Source of the DNA: Rhizaria sp. SCN 62-66 | Taxonomy: Eukaryota | Direction: 5' to 3' | Length of the DNA: 46,083 bases | Assembly (NCBI GenBank): GCA_001724265.1 | Contig: MEDY01000242.1 | Span: forward strand, 1 to 46,083 | Shown here: positions 1-11,316 of the stretch, piece after piece | Layout of the letters: each line of letters begins with the position of its first letter | How positions within the stretch are numbered: the stretch's first letter is position 1 | Notes under the pieces: generated by a model | Told to the model about the DNA's origin: nothing | The model's database searches: none | What the model saw: only the letters and a program-made list of their open reading frames with translations | Made by a program: the position numbers and the translations under genes

Positions 1-187
1 TGGAGTTGACACGCGTATGAAACCTGTGCCATTTTGCTGATTGATCTGGATTCTTAAACGTTGTTAATATTTTGTTTATAATTTGTTTATTTTTAAGGAG
101 GTGATTAAGACATTCGTACTTTTCATTGTTGGAGATTTATTTTATAGTTATGCGTTTACCATGGTTAGTGATATTTTTGCAATACTA

Positions 188-213
188 GTCGTAGGTTACG
201 GTCGTAGGTTACG
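188..213. repeat. Perfect 13-bp tandem duplication (GTCGTAGGTTACG x2)
   Basis: Read directly from the sequence. Confidence 0.8.
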
Positions 214-1141
214 GACAGAGTATTTTATGGAATGAAGCTTGTGCGACTGTCAATACAGATGGCCGTTTCACTCTTAATGTGTGTTCGTGAGTATTTTATT
301 TGTTTTATATACTACTACGTACTTATTAATATGTATTGTAAATTTAACTTGAATCCAGCTTTCAAACGCACATTTGAACAATCTTATTGGATGGTTGTGG
401 CCGTTCACAGAAGTACGTGACGTACATACGGACACGTAGCTTATATTTCAAACGTTTTCAAATTGTTTTCTAACAGTATCCGTACGTCTTTGAGCCTTAA
501 GATTCTTTAAAGTGTTCTTGGTTTGAACAATTTGCTGCAAACATAGCCAATTTTTTTTTTTTGTTGTTAGAAACAAATTCGTATATGAAAATAAAATATC
601 GGCCTAGATGGCCCGGGCGTTGTGTACACAATTGATACAAGATAATGAGCATCTACATGATGAATGAACTATAAAATTGCAATTTTTCGATCGAATCCGC
701 TTCTTCATTTGCATACATAATAATGGGCATTTCTGTTATCATGCGGTTGTGTTGGGGGGGCTTTTCCTGTTACTTCCCGGTGTGTTGGTCGATCAAATAT
801 GTCTGTATTTGTCCGGTTAGACTTATGTTGGTTTCTTACCCCTTTGTAAGGTCTCTTGCAAGATTTACTACGAGCACATGCAAATGGATATCATCGTTAA
901 AGTAGAGTTCCAACGGGACAGGTCTTGATAACAACGATACCCGCTGTGAGTTACGCGGATAAACCTTCAGCAAGGATGTGCTTGCGTGTCGAACAAACCT
1001 CGGGAAGTATGATTTCACTGAGCGGGGATTCGCCCTTCTTCTGCACAAAAGTCGTCGAGTCTTGATTGGTCATGGTGTTGCAAAAGTGGTTCAGGTCGGA
1101 GTAGTTATCAATTTGGCCGCATGCAGCCTTTGAATCTTCGG

Positions 1142-1198
1142 GTCACGAGTCCCTGGTCACGCATCAACAGTCACCATGGTCACAACTGTCACCGTCAC
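1142..1198. promoter_or_regulatory. Cluster of six GTCAC motifs in intergenic DNA
   Basis: GTCAC starts at 1142, 1156, 1170, 1179, 1188 and 1194. A regulatory role is inferred only. Confidence 0.3.
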
Positions 1199-1443
1199 CA
1201 TATTTGTTGACGGAGGATGCATGCTTCACAAAACAATACTTTCTTCAAAAAAATGACAAACTAGAGGCGCCTTTTGGTATTACGTACATTGTCGTTCGTC
1301 TTTATGTGATGCTAATAATCTTTCGATCGATAGTCAGTTTCTTCAAGTCGCAGGGTTGTAGCGTTTGTGTGGTTTTCAAGCTTACACGTGTATTTTTCGT
1401 CAATAATATCCCGAGTTTATGTAATTTTTATAAGATTAAATTA

Positions 1444-4400
1444 TTAAGTATAAGAAGCAGCACAAGTGGACTCAGCTACCGCGGGTACTTCCGTCCCTAT
1501 GGACTCACTCCTCGTCGCTGTCTCTTCAGCAACTGCGGAGTCAGCGGCAGGGGATGCAGAGCCAGCGGCATCTGCGGCGGCAGAGTCAGCGGCAGTGGCG
1601 GTGGCAGTGGCAGCGGCGGACGGCTGGTCCTGCTGCCTAGCCCTGCGCGGCGCCAGCCTCAGCACGCGCGGCGTCGCGGGCGCGGACCGCGGCGCGTCCG
1701 GCGGCGACGGCGCCGGCGTGTGCTCCGGCCCCAACTCCTGTCCGCTGTCAGTCGCAGCTTTGTCGGTCTCGGCGTCCGCTTTTGTCTTCGGCACTTGTCC
1801 AGCGATATTCGCGGCAATACCTGCGCTTAAACTCGCACTAGCGCCTGAGACAAAACTCGTCACCGTCTGATCGCTCGCGACCATCGCCGCAGAAGCAGCA
1901 GCAGCAGCGGCAGCTGTGGGACTGGGCGTCGGTGTGGGAAATCGGTCCGGCAGCAGCAGGTGCACGCGCGACCGCGGCCGCTGCGAGCCCCCGAGCGGCT
2001 GCGCCTGTGCCGGCGCCGTCGGCGGCGTGGGCACGAGCGCTGCAGTCGGAGCCGCTGCAGCCGGGACTGAAGCCGTCGCAGTTGCCGCGGCGCTGGCCTC
2101 AGTGGCGTGTGGGGACGGCGTCGGGCGTACGTTGAACTCAGAGGAGTCGACCGCGACAGACGCGGCGTCCTCAGTCAGTGCGGAGTCTTCGGCCGAAGAC
2201 GCGGCCGCCGTGGGCGAGGGGTCGACTGCGAGCGAGGCGTCCGCCGACGCAGACGGCAGAACCACAGTGATGCCGGCCGGCGCAGCGAGAGCAACGGGGG
2301 CCGCAGCAGGAGCACTGTCGCGGCCGGTGGCGCCCGCAGCCACAGCCGCAGGTGCGGCCCTCAGCGACTCCGGCACAGGCGCAAGAACTGACACGGGCAC
2401 ATAAGCTGCGTCAATCATAGTCTGCGTACCAGGGTTAGGCTGGGGCGGTGCAGAAGCGCTGTCGACAGGAGCGTCGGTCCAGGGCTCTTTCAAAAGGGAC
2501 AGGTCTAGCGCTGAAGCTGAGTTAAACACGGAGGCAGACGCTGTCGCGGCGTTTGCAGACTCTGGAGAGGCACTCAGCAAACAGATGTGATCCGCGGCCG
2601 CTGTCTCCGGCGCACTTGCGCCGGCGTCATAAGCGCTCTTGGCAGTTGCACTGCTGTCACCGCCGGGAGCGTCCGGGTCAGAAATAGCTGTTGCAGGTGC
2701 GACATTGTCTCTCTTATTGTCTTTAAGAGGCGACGCCTTGGGCACCGGCACGTCCCGCCACCCGCTGCCACGCAAGCCCGCCAACGAAGTCGTGGAGCTG
2801 CCACTCGCGCCCGCGCCCGCACCCGCGCTCGAGTTCGCGGTCGAGTACGCGGTCGAGCCGGCTCCGCTAGAACTACCGGGGCGTGTGCCCTTGCGCGGCA
2901 ACTGTGCTGCAGCGGAGCCAGAGCTAGCCTTCCGGGGACTGGCGCTCCCGCCGTTTGCAGCAGCACCGGCGGCAGTCGCGGCTGCCGCGTTCGCAGGCCC
3001 AGATGCAACCTTCGGGTTCGACCTCAGCGCTGCCGCAAGCGACACGTTGCTCTGTGACCGCGAGAACATGCTCCCACGGGACTGTCGCCGAGGACTGCTT
3101 GCGTCGGCGCCTCCGTAGAGCGCCGCCGCGGCCCCCAGGCTCGAGGCGCCGATCGTCGCAGCCGCTGCCGGCGGGGCCGGGGAGGCGGCGCGGCCGCCGC
3201 CGACCGTGGCGTGCCGCCGCAGCGACTGCTGCAGCGACGCTGCGGGCGCTGCCACGCGCCTCTGCGGGCCTGCAGCTGTCGTAGCCGTTGTACTTGTCGG
3301 CGTCGGCGTCGTCGTGGTCGCTGTCGTCACAACAGCGGCAGCATCAGCAGGAGAAGGCGCTTCAGTGGCAGTGCTGTTGCTTGCGGCCACAGCGGGGGGT
3401 TTCTGCTGTGCGCCGCCCGCTGCGGGTACGAGAGCGGTAGGCGGCAGCGAGAACCCCGTCTTGAGCCTCCTCAGCGTCGACATCAGGCCACCCTTCACGG
3501 GCCCAGCACCGAGCCCAGCGCCGGCGCTGTTGCCGCTCGCGTTGCCACCCGCCCCGCCCTTGCTGTGCGTCTGCGCGGCATGAGTGGCAGCGGGGGCGGC
3601 GGTCGACGGCGACGGCTGCAGCAGCAGCGTGCTGGGCTTGGTCAAGCTGCGCCGCCGGTCAGCCGTCTTCTCTGCAGCCATCGCCGCAGCCTTACCGTCC
3701 TTCTCTGAGGAAGCAGAGTCGGCCTCCGCAGCAGCAGCGGCCCTGGCTGCCTTGGCCGCCCTCGCCGCCGCGACCGCAGTGGCGGCAGCGCGCGCCTTCT
3801 CCGCGGCCGCGAACGCGCTCTCATAGACGGTCTTGACGGCCACGGCCTCGGGCAGCGTCAGCGGTAGCGCGCGCGCGCGGTGGTAGAAGAGCAGCGGCGC
3901 GTCGGGGTCCACGCCCGCCGCGAACGACGCCAGCGCTGCGCGCGCCTCGGCCGCCGCGCCGGCCTGCGCGAGTGCGTCGGCCGCGGCGGCCAGCGCGGTG
4001 CCGGCCGGCACGGAGCCCGCGGCTGCGGCGGCGCGCGCGACGACTTTGACCATGACGCGAAAGCGCGCGGCCGTCAGCGCGTTCGAGTTGGCCGCGGCCG
4101 CGAGGTCGAGCACGGGCACCGGGGCGCTCAGAGTCGCAGGGACCATCGCGGCCGGCGCAAGGAACGCTGTACCATCGCAAATTTTGGCACATGTTTCAGT
4201 GTTTGCCTTGCCGGTGTGGGCGTGAGTGCCATTGTGAGCATTACTGACCGTGCTGTTGCTGCTGTTGTTACCGTTACCGCCGGCGGCGATGTACGCCGCG
4301 GCGGCAGCTCTGGGCACTGGAGGCGTGTTGGCGAGGCGCGCCAGCGCCGCGTCGCTGAGCACCGGGTAGGGGCAGGGGAAGCTCGCCGTGTCGCGCGCGC

Positions 4401-7400
4401 TCACTGCCACGGTCACGCAGCGTCGCTGCCATTGGCCGGGGCTGGGCTTGCTCCCGCTACGAGCACTCGCACTCGTGGTGTTGAGATCAGCGTTTGGGCT
4501 AGAGTTCGTGATCGTGAACGTCGAATCTGCGTCTGCGTCCGCATCAGTGTCAGTGGCGAGAGGTGCGCGCGCGCGTGCAAGCAGCAGTGCGACGTGGGAG
4601 GGCGGCCAGAAGCCCGGCACCGGCATAGGCAGCTGCACCAGCGGCACGTGCGCCGGCATCCGGCTCTGTGCAGCAGCTGGGCTGTGGGCGCAACCGTGAC
4701 TGCGCGCAGCAGCGGGGGCGAAGCGGCCAACGGTGATGTGCGCGACCTTAGCCCAGACGGACTGCGCGCCCGTGCCGGGGCCAGACACGGTCACGCTCGC
4801 AGCCGCGGCGGCTGCGGCAGCGGCAGCGGCAGCTGCAGCGGCAGAGGAGGAGTAGACGGCCGCGGTCTGAGTGCGCGCTAAGGGGCGCCGCAGCGCAGGC
4901 GCCGCAGCAGCAGCTGAGTCGACGGTAACAGCACTCGCAGTGGGCGCACTCGTCGTAGCGGTCGTCATTGCTGTTTTCGCGTCATCAATATCGCCGACGC
5001 GCGCTTGGGAAAGCGACCTCTGCGCAGTCTGCTGCTGCAGCTGCGGTTGTTGCTGCTGCTGCTGCTGCTGCAGGTGTTGCTGCTCTTTGAGTGCGGGTAG
5101 CGGCGGGCGCTCCGCGAGAACCGTGTCAAGTGTGGCATCAAGCAGCCCGCGCATGAAGGGCATCTTGTAGGCCTGAACCCAGTAGCGGTGCACGCTCTCC
5201 GCCTCCGACGGCGACATGCCCTGCGGCGTCAGAGTGTCTGCGCGCACGATGCCCTGGCCCAGGTTGGTGTTGATCTCCAGCAACACCGCCTGCAGCAGAG
5301 AAAGAAAGGCGAAATCAAGGGAAGTAGATAACGTTTGGGATGATGAGGGTATGAAAATAGCGTGTTCGTACAAAAAATAATAATTTGAATAATACAAAAA
5401 TTGAACTCGTTCATCTCAATACTCGTACCTTGTTTGCGTCAGTGTCGTAGAGAAAGTCGTAGCCGAGCATCTGAAAGCTCACACGCGCGAGACCATACGG
5501 GATCAGCGCGCCGTTTTCCAGCGCCAAGGCGACTGCGACACGAGTGAGAAAATAAAAATAGAGTTAAAACAAATAAAGTGGGTAAAATATGGTCGGTATA
5601 TGTGTGAGGATTTGGTCAGTAATACGGATTAGCAGATAAAGATTTCGTTTTCGTCAGGTCCAATGAACGTACCAGTGTCCCTGATGATGGGGACGAACTC
5701 TGCAAAACAGGCGTCGACGAAGGCGGGCGCCAGCACCTGGTTGCCAAGCCGGTGCGCGAGGTACTTGCTCACGGTCGCGTCGAACCCCGTCCCCGCGGGC
5801 TCGTAGGGCGCCTTGCTGTGGTACAGCTTGAACAGCCGGCACACGTGCAGCGAGTAGCCGCCGCCTAAGGCGACCGCGCTGCTCTCACCGCCGGCGCTCG
5901 CGCTATCGTGCAGACCATTGGTTGCGCTCGCGCTCGGAGCGTTGCCCGTGTTCACAGAGTTGTTGTTGTTGTTTGTAGCGACAGCGTCATACACAACTGT
6001 AGCGTAGACACGGAAGTGGACCTTGTAGAGCTTCCCGCGCATGAGCGGCGCGCCCGAGTCCGAGGGAAAAGCGGACCGCGCGCGCGCCGACACGTCCGCC
6101 GCAAGCCGCGCCGCGACCGCGGGCCCGTAAGTCTGCACCGCCAGCGCCGCGGGCGGCGGCAGCTGGCCCAAAGCGGCCGCAGTCGGCGACGGGGCCGCGC
6201 TGGACGCGGCGGAGCCCGTGGCGGAGCTCGGGGCCAAGCTGCCGAGGCCTGCAGTCTGCCGCCGGGGGCTATGAGAGCCAGAGCCAGCGTTGCGCGGGCT
6301 CGGGGCGGGAGCTGGGGCAGCAATGCTCTCGCTCACATGCGCTTCAGTCGCCGACGCACTCGCCGCCGTCGTTGTCGATGTTGTCGTCTAAGGCACAGAA
6401 GTCATCGTCTTGCTGCCATCAGACGCAGAAGTCAACGGCTTGTTGCCATCAGACGCAGGTTCCTTACTCTCAGGTGTGGGCGCTTTGCCTTGCGATGCGA
6501 ACGCCTCCGCAGGCGTGTTGACATCCAATCCGCGCAGCGGCGGGATGTAAAAAGGCTGCTGCTGTTGCTGTTGCAAGCCAAAAGCTCCGCCCTTGCCATT
6601 AGTCTTCTTGACCGCCCCAGCAGCAGCAGTAGCCGCAGCAGCACCACCAGCGACCTGCTGCTTCCCCGCTGCGCCGTTGGCATTGCCACCGCTGCCCGCG
6701 CTGCTTGTGTCCGCCGCAGCGGTGTCGACGAGCGCTGGCCGCAGCACGCCGTCGAGCGCGGTGTCGCCCGCGCCACCGCAGCGAGCGGGCACGCTCTCGG
6801 CCTTGGCCGTGGCGCCCAGGAGCTCGCCGGGCACCGAGAGTGGCGCCGCGACGTACTCCTGGACGACCCAGGCGGCGTAAGGCCCGCCAGGAATGGCGTC
6901 GGCGCCCGCGCGGCAATGCGCCAGCACTGACAGCGCCAGCCGCGGGTCGCGCGGAACGACCAGCACGCCGCGCTGCTGCTGGCCCAGCGAGGGCTTCAGC
7001 AGCACAAAGCCGCGGGACGGGCAGCCCCAGTCGCCGCAGCACGCGGTCGCCGCCGCTGTCGCCGTCGCCGCTGATACCGCCGCTGGTGCTGGTGCAGCTG
7101 TTGTGGAGTGACTGTGCACGGGGCAGTGCGCGGGCCTGTAACTGCGGCCGCGGCAATGCGCGGCGGGCATGGGCCGGAGCCCGAAGCGCTTGGGCACAGC
7201 GGCCTGGTTGGCGGCGCCGGGGTGCGTCAGCCACTGGCGCACCGTGCAGCCGTCGGCGTCGGTGTTCGCGCAAGCGCACTCGGCTGCAGCGGACGCAACC
7301 GATGCGGGCTGGGCAGCCGCGGCGGCGTCAGGCCTCGGGGAGGAGTCGGTGTTGTTGCTGTTGCTGTCATTGCTATGGTCGTTGCCAGTCTTGCCATCGC

Positions 7401-9533
7401 TGTCACCCTGTTGCTGCTGCTGCTGCTGTAGTTTAGAACCTTGCTTTGCACTCTGCTTAGCAGGATCTTCCCCATTCTTGCCACTCGCACTCGAATTTGT
7501 CGTCGCCGCGTTGCTGTGGCACGGGGACCCCGCGTCGAGGCGCACGCGCGGCGGCCGGCGCGGCGCGTAGTCGCAGTCGATACCCCTGCCGCTGGCGCCG
7601 AGCGGGCCCGTCGAGGCCAGCAGCCGCAGCAGCGTCGCCAGCGCCGCCGGGTCGTCGGTGAACTCGGACAGCGGCGTGCCTCCGCGCGCGCCGGGACTAA
7701 CACCAGCGCCTGCTGTGCTGACAGTGACAGTCGTTGTTGTCGTCGTCGCAGCCGCTGTCTTGTTGCCACTCGCACTGTTCACACTCGCGCTGCCGTTGCC
7801 GTTGCCGGCACTGCTGTGCGCAGCCGAAAGCGCCTGGGGCGGCAGCGGCGGCGGCGGAGGCTTGACCGTGAGCGCGCGCGTCCAGGGGATGTAGGCGCGG
7901 CCGTGGCGGCGCAGCAGCGCGTCCATCTTGACCTTGTCGCCGAGGATCGTGGTGTTGGCGAGCCCGTAGGAGCCGCCCATCGCGAGCGCCAGCCACGGGT
8001 GCGCGCCCAAGCCCAGCGCCGCTGGAGCCGGAGCCTGGGACTGCTGCTGCTGCTGCTGCTGCTGTAGCTGCGCCGACGGCTGCTGTTGGCTTTGCTGCGG
8101 CTGCGGCTGCGCGGCCGCGTTTGACGCAGCCGCAGCAAAGGCGGCGTTGCCGCCCGCGGCCACCAATGCGATCGGCGGCGGCAGTCGGCCGGTAAGCGCG
8201 GGCGTAGTGCGCAGGCCGCCCGTGGGCGGGGAGAAGAACTGCTGCGAGGCCAGCGCCGTCGCGGGCGCGGGCACTGCGAAGGGCTGCGGGTGCCGCCCGA
8301 ACGCCAGCAGGGGGTTGCGGCTGGCTTCCACTGAGGCTGAGGCCGAGGCTTCAGTCGCAGCACGGCCGCCTGGCCCGCCGCCGTCGGGGGCAGCCGCAGC
8401 GCTGAGAGTCCGGTCGGCGTCCTCGACGTCGCCGTCGTCGTCGCTGCTGCTGTCGCCGCTGCTCGCATCGTCGTCGTCGTCGTCATCGTTGTTCTCTTCG
8501 TCGCCGGAGTCGGCGTCCTTGTCCCTGACTCTGCCCAGGTACGCGGCCGCCGCGCCCGCCGCCGCGTGGTCCCACACGCCCGTGAACGGTAGCCCCACCG
8601 CGGCGGCGCCCGCAGCGCTGCTGGCCGCGCTCGCGCCGCCACCGCCCGCCGACTGAGACTGAGGTTGCGGCTGGGACTGCGGTCCTGGGGGGGCGGACAC
8701 GGACCTGTAGGCGTTGGCGCCCGTGAGCGCAACGGCGGCGGCCGCCAGCGCGTGCCCCGCTGCCGCCACCGCCACACTCAGGCCCGTGCCGGCCTTTGCA
8801 GTCATGGACTCGCCGGAGCTTGAGGTGGGAGCAGACGGGGCACTGGAGCCGGAGGGCGACGGCGGGGGCAGCGGCGGCGCAGCGACTCGACTGCCGTGGC
8901 TGCTTTCGTCGCCGTCGTCGTTGTCAACAAGCACAACCACAGCCCCCGTCGCAGTCGCGTCGGACTGAGCGCTGACGTGGGCGTGTGCGCTCCCGTTCGC
9001 CGCTTTCCCTTTCACAGCCGCCGCCGCCGCAGCTGTCGCTGCAATCGATGCAATCGGCGCGACTCCAGCGGCGTGGCTGCCACTGCCGCTACCGCCGCCC
9101 GTCGCACCCGCGGCCCGAGGCGCGACAAGCGCGCCGAGCCTGGCCCCCAGCGCGGCGGCGTCGAACGCGGCGGCCGCGCGCTCGCCGGCGCGCAGCGCAC
9201 GCTGCCGGTGGACCTCGGCCAGCAGGCGCATGGCGCCCTTGCGCGGCCCGCCGTCGGTGTACACCAACAGCAGCGGCGCGCGGACCACGGCGGGCGCGCG
9301 CGTAACGGCAAGCAGCACGCGGCCGAGCGCGTCGAGCGTCTGCAGCGGCGCCGAGTTGGGCCGCGGGGTCAGGCGGCGCAGGCTGAGCCCGCGCGCGGCG
9401 AGCGCCGCGGGCCGCCGCGACTCGAGCAGCGCGGCGTCGATCTCGGCCGCGAAGTAGAACGATGCGGGCAGGTAGAACACGTGCGGGTCTGCGGCGACGG
9501 TGGAGACGAGCGCGCCCACATTACTGCCGCCGC

Positions 9534-9564
<31 letters not shown>

Positions 9565-9822
9565 ACTGCTGGTTGGCGTAGCTGTCGTGCTGTTGAGGTG
9601 ATTGTTGCTGTTGTTGTTTGTGGGGCGGGGGGTCGCGGCAACGGGAACAGCATAAACGGCTAGCGGGGCAGCGGCAAAGGCCGCTGTGGACGCAGTCGCA
9701 GCCGATAAGCCGGTCGTCGTCGCGGCCGTCGCCACTGCTGCCGCGGCGGCGTGCGTTACTCCTCTCACGGCCACGGGGGCAGCTGCCCGGGGCTGCGAGG
9801 GCGCAGGGGCAGGCTGAGACAT
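1444..9822 (-). CDS. Tubulin-tyrosine ligase-like (TTL/TTLL, ATP-grasp) protein, ~2699 aa; exons 9822-5673, 5532-5429, 5289-1444; one in-frame TAG at 6390-6388
   Basis: TTL motifs occur in the expected order: LGDKVKM...YIPWT, LLKPSLGQQQRGVLVV, WVVQEYVAAPL, KVHFRVY, SFQMLGYDFLYD, LLEINTN. ORFs 10062-6388 and 6336-5629 are in the same frame across a TAG. Two GTACG..CAG introns (5672-5533, 5428-5290) join the last motifs in frame. Ends in TAA TAA. The start at ATG 9822 is inferred from where GC-rich coding begins; subfamily not assigned. Confidence 0.85.
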
Positions 9823-11316
9823 CGCTGCGTGGCTGAGGCTCAGTGAGGAAAAAAGAAAACACAAGGGCCAAGTCAAGCGACTGGCGTGGGGGAGCGCGCG
9901 GGCGGGCGAGGGGCACCGCCAAGGAGCAGCCTGTAGGGGTGATATCATAGCGGAATTGTTAATCGGGCGTCCCGAACGATGGTGTGAGTGTAATAGAGAA
10001 TAAACAAGGGAATAAATAGACTTACACGCCAGATATACAAGGTACATCACAAGTATTGACATGAGTAGCCGTTATGCGTTGCTGGAAGTGGGTTTTCACA
10101 GCATTGTGAGATGCTGTTTAAAAGCAGGGCATCCCACGATGCAGTTATGTATCTACTGATGCACAGAAGATGTTACAGACATAGGAATAGTAATTCGTAA
10201 AAGAAAAACTCAATTTGTTCAAGATAACCCAGCCATAGTGTCAGTGACGGAGCATGCATTGATATTTCGAACTCTCAAAACAGCCGTTCTGGTGAGCCAG
10301 TCTTGCCACACAACGGTCATGAGGTACAAGATTTCAGGAAACAGCGTGTAACATAGGATTTTTAACTTTTAATGGTTTCAAAACAACCGTTAACACACCT
10401 AAGCTTACAGTTTAAAGCATGCAGATCTATTAATTCCCAAACCCTGTTGTTGAATGGCGAGATATTCACTGTACGTGTGACGGAATGCCACTGTGTCAAT
10501 GGACAATATCAGCAGATTCGACCACATACTCGCAACAATACGGCCAAGATAACAGTATTGAGAAAGGCACATAGTGCCACGTTATTGTTATTTAACGGTA
10601 CTTGTTAATTAAGTTGAATAAGCCTTGTTTGATACTACAGGTAATATGAGAGCATCATTAGTCCATTTCGCTCAGTTTTACTATTCATGTTGCGATGCAA
10701 TCACAGTTAAAGCTTTTCAAGATAAAAAGGACTACGTGCCGCAAGAAATTTACATGAAATAAACTATGCGCGCTCAATTTCTTCAGATGCATTAGTATAC
10801 ACCCTTAGAGCCTGGTTATGCACTCACTTACACATCGTGTCACGTTGCGACTTCCGGTTCAAATAGAGTGCAGTTCATTGTAACAAGTGCTAACCAATAT
10901 GGAATATCGATTTTTATTCATATTCAGAGTACATGTTTAACAAAATAGACGAATTTAAGACAGAGAAAAATATGTCTTCAAAATATCGTGGTAACAGAGC
11001 AGAAGTGAACGGCGGTTGAGTAATCCTTTTAGTCGACCGACGGGCTGAGGGTTGTCACCGACCGTGGTGGTGTTGGGGGGTGGGCGACGTGGCTCTATAA
11101 TTGGCCATCAAGCTTCATGTGCGTGCTGCTCTAAAGAATGAAACTTTGCATGCAGCAGCTATAATGTAGAATTTTCTTTCTTTTCACTGACTTTTGTGAC
11201 TTTATCTCGATGAAATCAAAGTGAAATCCCTCATTTTAATCTCACGTGCGCCCTTCCTTCTGCTCCCTTACCTCGTCCACCTCTTCCCGTTCGTGCGCGC
11301 ACCAGAAAGAGCCCCG

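Noticed and set aside
1-1140. Possible multi-exon minus-strand gene (e.g. MTNQDSTTFVQKKGESPLSEII near 1073, and a CAG-flanked segment near 534-486)
   Set aside because: AT-rich with no recognisable domain, and I could not build a consistent splice model. RNA-seq would be needed.
5290-5672. ORF-track termini ...GTFIGPDENEIFIC* (5629) and MYYSNYYF... (5397)
   Set aside because: Both are translations of AT-rich intron sequence; splicing restores contiguous TTL motifs.
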